Program-made: the position numbers and the translations under genes | The notes under the pieces: model-generated | Database searches by the model: none | The model's input: the letters and a program-made list of their open reading frames with translations, nothing else | What the model was told of the DNA's origin: nothing | In this document: piece after piece, positions 50,169 through 63,259 of the stretch | How positions within the stretch are numbered: position 1 is the first letter of the stretch | Layout of the letters: each line of letters begins with the position of its first letter | NCBI GenBank assembly: GCA_030390025.1 | Contig: CM059432.1 | Coordinates: forward strand, 76,014,001 to 76,078,000 | Direction: 5' to 3' | DNA from: Squalus acanthias | Lineage: Eukaryota | DNA length: 64,000 bases

Positions 50169-51464
50169 ATTCTCTTTGCCAGAAAAGTAATGAGGTACAG
50201 CAACGAAAGTAGCAGCAAAGTTAGGATGAACTAGGCAAAACTACCTCACAAAGCGTTGAGTCAATGTAGAAGTCTCTCTCTCTCTCTCTCCGAATCTCTC
50301 TCTCTCTCTCAGAACGAGTGGTGCATAAATGTTGACCACAGAAAAAGACAGGAAGAGGCCCCCTTTAAATAGCGCCCCCCCCAGCCCCACACCGATTGAT
50401 AACGTTCCAGTCTTCCGGTCGTTGGAAGCGCCAGGCGGTAAGGCAGGGGGCGCCACTCAATTTCCGCTCCGGGGCGCCCCAAGGGCGTTGCACCACGGAA
50501 TGACGTCACAATCTGCGCGCGCAGGTGGTCACAGCGGTAAGTTTTAGCGCCGCCGCACAATCTCAAGTTAAGTTCTCGAGCGGCGCAAACAGCGCTGCGC
50601 CCGGGCGTTAGCGCCTTAACGCCCCATTAGTGCCCATTTAAGGCGCTAACGGGAGGCACAACCAACTGAATTTTTACCCCTATTAGTCAGAACATACTTT
50701 CTGAAAACAATCACACCACTTCTTGATGTAAGATTTACCGCAACACTGTGAATGATCAATCCTCTTTAACCAGTTTTGCAATGTTAAATAATAGTCATCA
50801 CAATGACTCAACTAAAGCAGTCTATATTACATAGGATTTGCATATCAAATTGCTTTGTCATCAGGAGTATATTCAGATGCTTCTGGTTTCTATGGCTACC
50901 TTATATAATCACTGACTTGATACCACAATAATTGGCTCTATTTTCAGAACAAAATAAGAGACCACATAATGACAGGAAATGGAGCTCTGTTTCAATGAGG
51001 ATTCTGGTTAAACTAGTATTTCAAGTTTTATTTTGGAGTGCACTATCCCAGCACAGTGTGAACCCCACAGTGTATAACCAATTACACAGGTCATACAGCA
51101 CAAAACCTCTCACCTCACAAAAGTTTTCATACTGCACAGTATCAATCACAGCTCAAAATGACTTTCAGTGTCCTGGTCCCGATTTCAAAACTGCTGGCCT
51201 ACAAAAGTACCGATTTATTTAGTCTATCCAGACTACTGTATTTTTTTATACATAAGCTAAACTTTGTTTCCTTTTCTTTTGGTTTTAATTGTCCTATTTC
51301 AACTTCTTTATTTTACATAGAATTTACAGCACATAAACAGGCCATTCGGCCCACTGCTCCACACAAACCTCCTCCCACTCTATTTACTTCATCTAACCCT
51401 ATCAACATATCCTTCTATTCCTTTCTCTCTGATGTAGTTATCTAGCTTCCCCTTAAATTCATCT

Positions 51465-52748
51465 CTTCTCTTCTTAGGCAGTCCCTCGGAACCGAGGATG
51501 ACTTGCTTCCACACTAAAAATGAGTTCTCTGGTGACTGATGAGTCCAATGCGGGACCTACAGTCTCTGTCACAGGTGGGGCAGACAGTGGTTGAAGGGAC
51601 GGGTGGGTGGGGTGCTTGGGTTGACGTGCGCTCCTTCCACTGTTTGCGCTTGGCTTCCGCTTGCTCTCAGCGAAGAGACTCGAGGTGTTCGACGCCTTCC
51701 CGGATGCTTCTCCTCCACTTTGTGCGGTCTTGGGCCAGGGATTCCCAGGTGTCGGTGGGGATGTTGCACTTTTTCAAGGAGGCTTTGAGGGTGTCCTTGA
51801 AGCGTTTCCTCTGCCCACCTGGGGCTCTCTTGCCGTGTCGGAGGTCCGAGTAGAGTGCTTGTTTTGGGAGTCTCGTATCGGGCATGCGGACAATGTGACC
51901 CGTCCATCGGAGCTGATCGAGCGTGGTCAAAGCTTCGATGCTGGGGATGTTGGCCTGAGCGAGAACACTGACATTGGTGCACCTATCCTGCCAATGGATT
52001 TGCAGGATCTTGAGGAGGCAGCGTTGGTGGTACCTCTCCAGTGCTTTGAGGTGCCTGCTGTACATGGTCCATGTCTCTGAAGCATACAGGAGGGCGGGTA
52101 TCACTACTGCTCTGTAGACCATCAGCTTGGTGCTGGGTTTGAGGTCCTGGTCTTCAAACACTCTCTTCCTCAGGTGATTGAAGGCTGCACTAGCACACTG
52201 AAGGCGGTGTTGGACTTAGTCATCGACATCTGCCCTTGTTGACACTAGGCTCCAGAGGTATGGAAAGTGGTCCACGTTGTCCAAGGCCTCGTCATGGATT
52301 TTGATAATCGGGGAGCAGTACTGTGTGGCGGGGGCAGGTTGGTAGAGGACCTTTGTCTTACGGATGTTTCATGTAAGGCCCATTCTTTCGTACGCTTCGG
52401 TGAAGGTGTTGACGATGGTTTGGAGTTCGACCTCAGAGTGTGCGCAGACGCAAGCGTCATCTGCGTACTGTAATTCGATGACAGAGGATGGGACGACCTT
52501 GGATCCGGACTGGAGGCGACGGAGGTTGAATAGTTTCCCGTTTGTTCTGTAGATTAGCTCCACTCCAGCGAGGAGCTTACTGAGGGTGAGATGGAGCATT
52601 GCAGCTAGGAAGATCGAGAAGAGCGTTGGTGCGATGACACAGCCTTGCTTGACATCGGTCCGTACGTGAATTGGATCTGTGGTGGATCCGTTGGTCAGGA
52701 TCACAGCTTGCATGTCGTCGTGAAGCAGGCGGAGGATGGTGACAAACT
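51465..52748 (-). mobile_element. RTE-clade LINE 3' portion, inserted in a CR1 tail fragment
   Basis: VKQGCVIAPTLF, LQYADD; near copy of 43896-44640. Confidence 0.9.
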
Positions 52749-53223
52749 GTGCTATTTGCCTCAACCATGTGGTAGTGAATTCCACATTCTCACCACTCTC
52801 TCAGTAAAGAAGTTTCTCCTTAATTCCCTACTGGATTTATTAGTGACTATCTTATATTTCTGGCCCCTAGTTTTGACTCCCCACAAGTGGAAACATCTTC
52901 TCTATGTCTACCCTATCGAAACCCTTCATAATTTTAAAGACCTCTTTTAAAACAAAATCCACACTTAAGTCTCTAAATTTGCAGTACTGGCACAGGACTG
53001 TACATGCCAGGAGAGTATACTGGGGATTTGAGCATGGTGGTAAGTGTGCCCTGTCCCATCCATACGTGTTAATGCCTTTGTTAAAATAATGGACATAGAA
53101 ATTTCATAGCAACACATTAATGCATTTGTTTCTAATAACTGCAGTGTGATTTCAACCACTTCGGCAGATTATTTCTTTTGGTTATTGAAAAGCTGCTAAT
53201 AACACATCTTTTATGGTTATATA

Positions 53224-53392
53224 GGGGGTGACTTTCCGTGGGGGTTCGTCTGCTGTAACTGCAACGGAAGAGCCACGGAAGCCCCAGGAGAACAGCGTAA
53301 ACACCGTTTGTGCCAGTTTTCCGGGGTTTCCACAGCTCATCTGCAGAAGTTACAGAAGACAAGTGGGAGAACCCCAGCAGAAATTCACCCCC
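53224..53392. mobile_element. Small MITE (169 bp)
   Basis: TIRs GGGGGTGACTTTC / GAAATTCACCCCC. Confidence 0.65.
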
Positions 53393-53886
53393 TAAGTAAC
53401 CCAGTCAAGATGGTGGATTTGTAGCTTTCTCATGTGGGAGATTTCTTACTTAGTGAATTTGTACCTGTGGACAACGGAAAACCAATCAATCGCATCATAC
53501 CTGTTACAATGAACATTTTATACTCTGGAACAACAAACAAGCCTCTTAAATGGCGATAAAGGGTAAAAGATGACTGATGCAGCGGTTTCCTGTGGGAAAA
53601 CTCATACCTTGGGAGGCTGTACTTTGATATAAAATGTAATTGCTCCATGAAACTTTGCAGGTGCCTATTTTCTTCTGCCAATGTCACAGAGCAAGTCCCA
53701 CAGTGCAACAGAAGCATAGAATTAGCTAGGACGGTGCATATACAGGAGAATACATGTTGAACTCACTGATCACAAAACCAGAACCCAAGCCTTCATATTT
53801 TTACAGTACAATGTTAGTGTGTACTGATTCTTATTTTAACAGTTGTTCTGTTAAATATTTAATACAACAATAAATAGCGAATACGA

Positions 53887-54474
53887 GGGCTAAAATTCCA
53901 GTAGTCCTGCTCCATTGGTGGAAGTGCAGAGGAGCAAGACTGCTGTCCACCTTCATCAATCATTGTAGACCCTGCCCCAAATTCCAGGGACAGGGCCATT
54001 TAAATATTCAGGAGGGTGGCCTGCACCTGTATGAGTGTAACAGACATAGCTGCCCCGAAACACACCAGGGCCATGCCACTCCAATGGCAGAATTGAAGCC
54101 CGGAAAAGGCAGAGGAGAAAATAGGGATAAAGTTTTAAATTGTTCCTAAGACAGCAATTGGCCACTTTTGTAAAGGTAATCAGCTTCCCCACTGGATCTA
54201 TTACCTTTGCATATTACATTTGAAGCTGGGCCTGATGAGGGCAATATTGACAGAATATCAAGGGTAGCCCAGTAAGTTCTTCAGACGCACCCCCAAAGTG
54301 TGGTAGGGAAGGGGGGAATGGGTGGAACACTCGTCCACTCCTCCCACATCAGAATTTGAGTTGGAATTTAAAGGGGGCGGAAACCTAGCACAACCAGGAT
54401 CTGCTCCAAATTCTGGTATTCCAGTGGGCGATTTGTCTACCTTTTGCCCTCCCTGGTCACTGGAATTTTAGTCC
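53887..54474. mobile_element. Old Harbinger-type MITE
   Basis: TIRs GGGCTAAAATTCCAGT / ACTGGAATTTTAGTCC; no clean target duplication. Confidence 0.65.
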
Positions 54475-54664
54475 ATAGATATTTATTAGAGTTGCCTGGT
54501 TCTTGTATCCACAGCTGAAGTTATAGTAAAGCATTTACTTCTTTACACAAATTCCTATTTCCTCTACGTACCTATAAGAATATTTGCTTGAACTTTGTGC
54601 ATTATCACTTCTCAAAAGCACAGGATTACTTGCTAATTTCTTTCCTGTACTTTTTTTCAAATTA

Positions 54665-57466
54665 TTTTCCGGATATGGGCATTGTTGCTAAGGCCAGTAA
54701 TTATTGCCCATCCCTCGTTGCCTTTGAGAAGATAATGGTCGGTCTTTTCTTGAACTGTTGCAGTCCATGTAGTGAAAGTACTCCCACAATGCTGTTAGGT
54801 AGGGAGTTCCAAGAATTTGACTCAATGATGATGAAGGAACAGCCAAATATTTCCAAGTCAGGATGGTGTGTGACTTGGAGGGGAACTTGGAGGTGATGTG
54901 TTCCCAGGTACCTTTTGCCCTTGTCATTCAGATGGTGGCAGTTGTGGATTCGGGATGTACTGCCGAAGAAGACTTGGTGAGTTGCTGCAATGCATCCTGT
55001 AGATAATACATACTGAAGCCATGGTGCAGCAGTGGTGCAGGAGTTGACAATCAAGCAGACTGTTTTGTTCTGGAGAGTATTGAGCTGTTCTGTGGGAGGT
55101 GGTTAGGCTCTCTCTTGTTGGAGATGGTCACTACCTGCCACTTGTGTGGTGCGAATGTTATTTGCCACTAATTCCAAGCCTAGATGTTGTCCGGGTCTTG
55201 ATGCATATGAGCATGAACTATTTCATTGTCTGAGGAATTGAAAATGGAGCTGAACACTGTGCACTCATCAGCGAACAGCCCCACTTCTGACCTTATGATG
55301 GATGGAAAGTCATTGATAAAGCAGCTGAAGATAGTTGTGCCTAGGACGTTGTCCTGAGGAACTCCTGCAGCAATATTCTGGAGCTGAGATGATTGGCCTC
55401 CAATAACCACCACTATCTTCATTTGTGCCAGGAATGACTCCAGCCACTGGAGAGTTTTCCACCTAACCCCCATTGACTTCAGTTTTACTAGGGCTCCTTG
55501 GTGCCACACTTGGTTGAATGCTGCCTTGATATCAATGGCAGTCACTCTCACCTCACCTCTGGAATTCAGGTCTTGTGTCCATGTTTGGACCAGACTGTAA
55601 TGAGGTCTGGAGCTGAGTGGTCCTGGCAGAACCCAAATTGAGGAGTGGTGAGCAGGTTATTGGTGAGGAAGTGCTGCTTGATAGCACTGTTGACAACTCC
55701 TTCTTTCACTTTTTTGGTGATTGGAATAGGCTGTTAGGGCGGTAACTGACCAGTTTGGATTTGTCCTGCTTTTTTTTGTGAAAAGCACATATCTGGGCAG
55801 TTCTCCACACTGTCAGGTAGATGCCAGTGTTGTAGGCATACTGGAACAGCTTAGCTAGGGCCATGGCTAGTACTGAAGTACAGATCTTCAGCACCACAGC
55901 CGGGAGGTTGTCGGGGCCTGTAGCCTTTGCTATGTCCAGTGCACTCGGCTGTTTCTTTATATCATGCGAAGTAAATCAACTTGGCTGAAGACTGACATCT
56001 GTGAAGATGGGGACCTCAAAAGGAGATTGAGAAATATCATCCACTCGACACTTCCAGCTGAAGATGGCTGCAAATGCTTTAGCTTTGTCTTTTGCACTCA
56101 TGTGCTAAGCTCTGCCATCATTAAGGATGGGTTGCTCATGCAGCCTCCTCCTCCCGTTAGTTGCTTAATTGTCCACCACCATTCACGACTGGATGTGTCA
56201 TGGTTATAGAGCTTTGACCTGATACGTTGGTAGTAGAATTGTTCTACTCTGCATGCTGCTTTTGTTGTTTAACATGCATGTAGTCCTCTGTTGTAGCTTT
56301 CCCAAGTTGACACCTCATTTTCAGGTGTGCCTGATGATGCTCCTGGCATACTCTTCTACACTCCTCATAGAACCAGGGTTGGTCATCTGGCTTGATGGTG
56401 ATGGTGGAGTGAAGGATAATGGTGGTATACAATTCTGCTGCTGCGGATGATTCACAGTGCCTCATGGATGCCGTGATTTGAGCTTCTAAATCTGTTCTTA
56501 ATCTATTTCACTTAGCACAGTGCCAAACGACATGAAGGGATGTCCAGGGAGTGTGCAGTGGTCACTCCTACTAATGCTGTCATGGACAGACAGATCTGCA
56601 ACAGGTAGACTGGTGAGGATGAGGTCAAGTAGGTGATTCCCTCGTGTTTGTTTTCTCACCACTTGCCGCAAGCCCAGTCTGGCAGTTATGTCCTTCAGGA
56701 CTTGGTCAGTGGTGGTACTAACGAGCCACTCTTGGTGAGAGAGATTGAGGACCCCACCCAGAGCACACTGTGTGTTCTTCTATCCCAATGCTTCCTCCAA
56801 TTGGTTTTCAACATGGAGGTGTACTGATTCATTTGCTGAGGGAGGACGGTAGGTGGTAATCGTAAAAAGGTTTCCTTGACCATGCTTAACCTGAAGCAAT
56901 GAGACTTTATGGGATCCAGAGTCAATGTTGAGCTAGGACACAACATACCCAGGGATGTTGATGAAGGAGTCTGGTACGCTACGCTGATAGATATGATTAT
57001 GTGAATATGACTATGTCAGGCTGTTGCTTGACCAGTCTGTGGGACTTTGGCACCAAGAAGAGTACTTTGCAGGATCATCTCGGGTGGGCGTGCCTTTGTT
57101 CTCTGTTCTGTTTTATTCTTGATTTTCTTTCTAGCAGTTTGATACAACTGAGTGGCTTGCTAGGCCATTTCAGAGGGAAATTAAGATCCAACCACGTTGG
57201 AGTGGGCCTGGAGTCATGCATAGGCCAGACTGGATAAGGATGGCACGTTTCCTTCTCTATAGCTTATTAGTGAACCAGTTAGGTTTATAACGACAATCCA
57301 ACAGCTTCATGGTCACTTTTACTAATACCATCTTCTTATTTCCAGATTTTGTTTTAAACTGAATTCAAATTCTCAAATTGCCGTGGTGGGATTTGAATTG
57401 TGTTCTCTGGATTATTAATCTAGGCCTCTGGATTACTCGTCCAGTAATAACCATTGTGCTACCGTA
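54665..57466 (-). mobile_element. Decayed CR1-group LINE (APE + RT) with a tRNA-like 5' head
   Basis: DIKAAFNQVWH, AGVPQDNVLG, LFADE; endonuclease remnants ~56600-57050; A/B-box head at 57466-57380. Confidence 0.75.
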
Positions 57467-57799
57467 TGAGCTTCTGGCCTATCTTTATTTTCTCGTACTT
57501 TCCCATTTCAGAGAACATACTCTGAACCAATAAAGAAAAAAAGCTCGGACTTTGTGTTCCACACTGCAGTTATTCCAAAGAGATCTAATATTTATTTAGT
57601 TGTAAATATTGCACTATTTGTAAACAAAAAGAACGGTAACAAGATTGTGAACGTGAGAGGTCAGTGGCTGCTGGGGACGTTGACAACATTTTGCAACCTT
57701 TTTGTGAGAAGTATAAATAACAAAATGTCTGAAAAGGGTTTTCAGAGAAAGAAAGAAGCCAGAATGCAACAGAGGGGTACTGCGCCTACCTACCATTAT

Positions 57800-58200
57800 C
57801 CTGTTCACTGCATATAAAGCAAAAGACTGACTTACCTAGACTTGCCTGAGGAACAGTATATATGTTAGCTAGGTCTCATCGAGAAAGCTGTGATATCGAG
57901 TTATGCTGAATGCTGCAATCTGACTTGCAGCCAAACTCTAGGACAGACACGATACTGCCAGTAGTTGTCAAGGTCACTTCAGCCTGAACTCTTTTGCCTC
58001 TAGCTAGCATTACTGTATTTGCCAATGTGCTAGCGACACATGTATCAAACAGGTGACTGATGCGTAGCTAGAACTTTCATCTTGTTTCCTACTGAAGAGC
58101 AACAGAAGCATGATATGTCTGTCCAATTTCACCATACTGCACAAAGCATAAAGTACATGGGGTCATTGATGGCAGCAAAATAGCCAACTGGCCAGCAGAG
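57800..58200 (+). pseudogene. Very old Harbinger transposase remnant
   Basis: YLDLPEEQ...LQSDLQP...LPVVVKVTSA...CIKQVTDA...GVIDG. Confidence 0.6.
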
Positions 58201-58345
58201 TCCTGCTCCTCCTGCTATCAATGCTTGCTCCTACTGACCTGTGCACTGTCATTGCCCAGTGTTTTCTCTTCAAACTCATTAACTGCATCCTCTGGGATGT
58301 ACATAGCTGTGCTGGTGCTTACAAATGTTGTTGAGAAGGACACGA

Positions 58346-59490
58346 CAACTTGCATTTATGTAGCACCTTTAACATAGAAAAATGTCCCAAGGTGCTTCAC
58401 AAAAGTGTAATCAGACAAAAATGAACGCTGAGCCAAAGGAGATATTAGGAGGGTTGACTAAAAGCTTGGTCAAAGAGGTGGGTTTTAAGGAGGTTCTTAA
58501 AAGAAGAGACAAAGGTGGAGAGATTTACAGCATACAGCTTGGCTTGCAACAGTGGGCCGAAGGGAGTGGAGGATTCACCAGAAGCCATAGTTGGAGGAAT
58601 GCAGAATGCTCAGAGGTTTCTATGGCTGGAGGCGTTTACAGAGATAGGAAGGAGCAAGGACATGAAGGGATTTAAACAAACGGATCAAAATGTTTAATTT
58701 GAGGCATTGGGGGTGACCAGGAGCCAATCCAGATCAGCAAGCACAGGGGTGTTTTGTGAGCAGGACTTGGTGCAGGATAGGATATGAGCGGCAGAGTTTT
58801 GGATGAGTTGGAGTTTATGGAGGGTGGAGGCTGGGACGCTGAGCATTAGAACAGTTGAGTCTGGAAGTGACAAAGGCGTGGATGAGAGTTTCAGTTGCAG
58901 ATGGTCTGAGGCAGTGGTGGAGGTGGGAGAGAGTGGCTGGACAGTATAAGGGGTCGAATCCTCAGCTCGAGGTCAAAAATAAGACTGGTGGTTCAACTTG
59001 AGACAGAGTGGGATGGATTGGTGGCGAGCATACAAAGCTTGTGGCAGGGACCGAAGACAATAGCATTGGCCTTTCCAATGTTTAACTGGAGGCTCGTGGA
59101 TGTTGGATATGCACTCTGACAACACAGAGGCAGTGGAGGGGTAAGGCCATGGAGGGATTTGAAGATTTGAACACAAGGAAGAGAATTTTAAATTTGAGTC
59201 ATTGGTGGACCGGGAGCCAATGTAGGTCAGTGAGCACAGCAGGATGGGTGAACAGGACTTGGTGTGAGTTAGGATACGTGCAGCAGAGTTTTGGATGAGC
59301 TGAAATTTATTTTGGGTGGGAGAAGGGAGGCTGGCCAGGAGAGCAATGGAATAGTCGAATCTTGAGGCAAGAAAGGCATTGATGAGAGTTTCAGCAGCAG
59401 ATGAGCTGAGGCAGCGGCCGAGAGGGGCAATATTACATGGTGGAAGTGGGCGGCTTTGGTGATGGAGAGGATATGGGGTCAGAAGCTACG
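58346..59490 (-). mobile_element. L2 LINE fragments
   Basis: Reverse-complement similarity to 33900-34765. Confidence 0.72.
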
Positions 59491-59896
59491 GGCAAGCAGC
59501 TCACAGAGCACCTATCCCATCTCGTTAACCACCCTTGGGTGGATGTCATCTAGACCTGAAGCCTTATATATTTTGAGATTTCCTCTTCTATTCAAGATGA
59601 AATTTCTATCTATTTTAATATTTATAATCTTATTTACTACAGTACATCCCACAGCTGGAATATGAAGAGAACTGCAGCATAGTCTTCTGGCTCAACTCCA
59701 AAGAATGCCAACAGGGAAAGTATTAAAAAATCTGCCTGTTCCTCAGATGTTTGGCTGTAGCAGAAACAGCCGCAGACAGGATGTCTTTTCCTGCTCGCAA
59801 CAGAAACCGTGCATGATTGGAATGATCAGGTAAGTGTACCCTCATGTACAGAATATTCTCATTTACTATATAATTAGCAAGTAGAATCCAAAATAA

Positions 59897-60500
59897 AAAT
59901 GCTGAATTCTACTATGAGAATTATCACTGGTATGCTTTTATCAACACCAACACCTTGGCTGCCCATGCTTGCGAACATTGCACCACCACACCTATGCCGT
60001 GAATATGTAGTCTCCAGAGAATACAACCGCTACACCAGCAAAGACATGTCGATCCAGGCCGACTTGAACAACCTACCACCAACCCGTCTCAAATCTAGAA
60101 GGCCATTTTGGACCGTTGCCGAAGCTCTTCAGCGATCTCCCCTCAGCCTTGATGACCGATGGTAAAATGCTTGGAAGAACTGCGACATATGGAATGGATT
60201 CCTTATTGAGGACCCCACAGTACAACCTGAAGGATCAAACCTTCCTCGCAAACAGTGGACAACCATCAACCACCTCAGAACTGGTCATGGTAGATGCTGC
60301 CACCTTCTCCATAGATGGAAGATTAAAGCATCCCCATCATGCGACTGTGGAGCTCCTAATCAGACCCTGGAGCACATCAGAGGAAATTTGCAGGCAACCT
60401 ACAAAATATTCATGCTGTTACACCGGAAGCTTTGAACTGGATATCCAACTTAGATATTGACATTTGGTTTGCTTTGCTACCACCATACAAAAGAAGAAGA
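59897..60500 (+). mobile_element. Ingi/Vingi-like LINE 3' fragment
   Basis: MRIITG.L.STP..WLP.LANIAPP; SCDCG..QTLEH knuckle; GAA tail. Confidence 0.6.
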
Positions 60501-60779
60501 AGCAGCAGCTTTTAATTGTGTACAATCCTCAATCATTCAATCTGATTGGTTAATGAGATACACTGTTGCTTGTCCTGTTCACAGGTCCCAGATGCTCTGT
60601 AGAGGGCGCTGCGCCATTTCAATCTCCCACTTACAGCAATTTGTAGTGCAAAGTTTCATAGAAATTAAACAGGCAACTGCAAGTCTAAGAAATGGTCCTG
60701 GGTTGCAGTAAATTCCATCCCATTATATTGAAAATGTGAGAAAAGCAGAGAGACAATTACAGGAAGATAGAAACCCATT

Positions 60780-62285
60780 GGCTTGGAATTTGCAGTCAGC
60801 GGCGAAATGACACCACTCGCCGCTGACCCCGAAGAAAGCTGCCCATAAAGATCTAGCGATCTCTGTGGCGTGAATTCCAGCTCTCCCGATATTAATTTGA
60901 ATCTGGCACCAAATCAAGCAAATCTCCAGCGTCCAGCAACAGTGATATCATCAAGCAGGCTGAGCAGCCAATCACATTGAAGAATGCTCACAGACAGCAA
61001 ACCAGGAAGTAAAATGCACAGAGTCTAATTTATTTGTTATTAAATTTTACAGAGAGAGAAATAAAGATTGGGTCAGACACATAGGACTACGGTAGAAGCT
61101 GAAATATCATAAACAAACTTTAAAAAATATATATTTTAAAAACCATGTAATTCTTAATTCATATTAATGAAAATATTTGACATTCCACAAATATAAAATT
61201 CATTTTTCAGGGCCAGAACAGTTGTTCAGCAGTCAATTCACCGTTAAAAACCCAGTTACAAGTCTTAACTTTTTGGTGGGGGGTGGGGAGAGGTTTAACA
61301 GCAATGGGCCAAAAATTGATCCCGCTGCGCGAGAGTACGCACTGCGTACTCTCACGTATTCTCTCTCCAATTGCTGGTTTTCTGCATGCCCTGCGCATGC
61401 GCTGAAAACCGGCACTTGGTCTTTGGAAAAGGGGGCGGTTCCTCGGTGCATCGCGTGCGCGCTACAGGCTGCGCGCACGCTGTGCACTTCGTGCTTTGGA
61501 CGCGCAGGTAAGGACGGAAGATTTTAGAAATGGAAAAAGGAGGAGTAAGACCCACTTTTAACAAGGTAAGTAGTGAATTAAGTATTTTTTTGAATTTTTT
61601 TTAACAGGTATATCTTTTTTAGAGACTTTAAAGACAGGTAAGTTTATTTTTATAACTTTTTAAAAGATTTTAAATTTTTTCAAAAATTAAATTTTTTATT
61701 TAAAATGGTTAATTTATTTAACTATACTTATTTTATTAATGTGATGGGTTTTTTTTTTAATTTAATTGAGGTTTAGCTGTTATTTTGGGGGGGTGTAAGA
61801 TTCATAGCTTTGACAGCAGGTATGTGAAACTTATGAATGGAAGATGGTGTGCTGCCATTGGCTCTAACTGAGTCACGTGATCCCACAGCTCGCACGAATT
61901 CACTACGCCTGTGGGATACGCAAGCACTGCCCGGCTGATGTCTAGAACATCAAGTTCGTGCGAGCTGGATCTGAAAAAGCCAACGCGGAGTGAGAGATCG
62001 TGCCTGCTCCTTACCCCCGCGGGAACAGAGCGAGATCAATTTCTGGGCCAATATTCCAGCCTAATAGGGGATGTTTTTGCCAGTTCAAGTGATTTGAATT
62101 GATTGCTGGCTCTGGGGAGTTCCACAGCGCAACCTGTGGCGGAGCAGGAAATGACTGACCGCAACTTCTGGATTTCCAGGTTTATGTGCGCATGCTCTAA
62201 ATCCTGAAGTTACCGTCAGTTTCAGAGGGGTAATGGTGGCTAACGCTGACAGTTTCGCTGTCATTACCACCGCAAAATCTTAGCC
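60780..62285. mobile_element. Harbinger-type MITE carrying a nested MITE
   Basis: Imperfect TIRs GGCTTGGAATTTGCAGT / ACCGCAAAATCTTAGCC; flanks ATT/TTT. Confidence 0.65.
61306..62049. mobile_element. Nested Harbinger-type MITE (744 bp)
   Basis: TIRs GGGCCAAAAATTGATCCCGC / GCGAGATCAATTTCTGGGCC; AAT duplication. Confidence 0.85.
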
Positions 62286-62627
62286 TTTAATCTCCCTAAA
62301 TGTTTTGCCCATGAGCAGTTTAACTCCAGTTTTAAGTTATTTAAAGCTCCTGAAAGTTATCCTCAGCTGGAGCCTGCTGCACCCGAGGCAGGTGTCAAGA
62401 ACTGGAAACATCTGAGAGTTTAGATGTCGAAACATCACACTTTCTGCTCGCTGCCCTGGTCCAAAGAACCCCTGAGCCACGGAAAGATCAGATTGCGTGA
62501 CGTGCATCCCCCATCCCTCAACCCCCCTCACCCTTACCTTTACCCTCAACCCATTCTTTCTCTCCCTCCCCCATGTTATTGCTAGCTTCTTACCCTCCTC
62601 TTAGCCTGTCCGTTTCTGTCGCCTCAC

Positions 62628-62843
62628 CTTCAGCGCCAGCTCGATGTCGAAATCCCGGGCTCTCAGAAACTTGAGAAGGAACTCATTCTCCAAGCCCAAC
62701 GGCCAGTGCAGGCTCTGCTTCAGCGCTCGGAGTCTGAGCTCAGAAATGGAGCGGAGCATGGAGTCGGGGTAAAGTTCGTCATCCGACAGATCCTCGCTGC
62801 TGTGCCCTGGGTTCCTTTCCTTCGGATTACACTCTGTCGACAT
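62628..62843 (-). CDS. TTPA: Alpha-tocopherol transfer protein, coding exon 1 (72 codons)
   Basis: ATG at 62843; translation ends FLLKFLRARDFDIELALK (CRAL-TRIO N-terminal motif); donor AAG|GTGAGG, phase 0; joins exon 2 in frame. Confidence 0.93.
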
Positions 62844-63259
62844 GTTCTCCTATTTTAAATGACTGCGGTTGGCAGCAGGTGCTCTGAAGCCGCGCGATCC
62901 ACTCGGCGTTATCTGGTTATGATACTTTCATCACCATAAGCACCGAAAGTTACGCCTGTATTTATCTTTTGGGCGGGACCAAGGCGGCATCCAATCCCAT
63001 ATTGTACTTTTGTTTCCCCTGTTTTGATATTTTACTATACGGTAAGTATAACTGGGGGAGGCTTATTACAAGATGTTGCATAGCGTGGAACCTGCAGCTC
63101 TATATTATCAACAATCATTGCTGCTTTTTCTACTATCTGTGGAATTGTCACACTCTTAAATACTGTCAATAGGAAAGGTAATATGCGTCATCACAGCATG
63201 ACATGCATTGGTCAATCAAATATGTAAATAGGAGAGTGTTGCTAATAGCAATAAACATT
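62844..63259 (-). promoter_or_regulatory. Probable TTPA 5'UTR and proximal promoter
   Basis: Non-repetitive sequence directly upstream of the ATG; TATA-like GATAAATA (minus, ~62959-62966), GC box GGGCGGG ~62971, CCAAT ~62991. Confidence 0.45.

Larger units (their letters stand above)
46426..50680. mobile_element. Apparently intact autonomous PIF/Harbinger transposon H3 (4255 bp)
   Basis: TIRs GGGGTAGAAATT / AATTTTTACCCC (11/12); TAT target duplication; both genes open. Confidence 0.95.
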
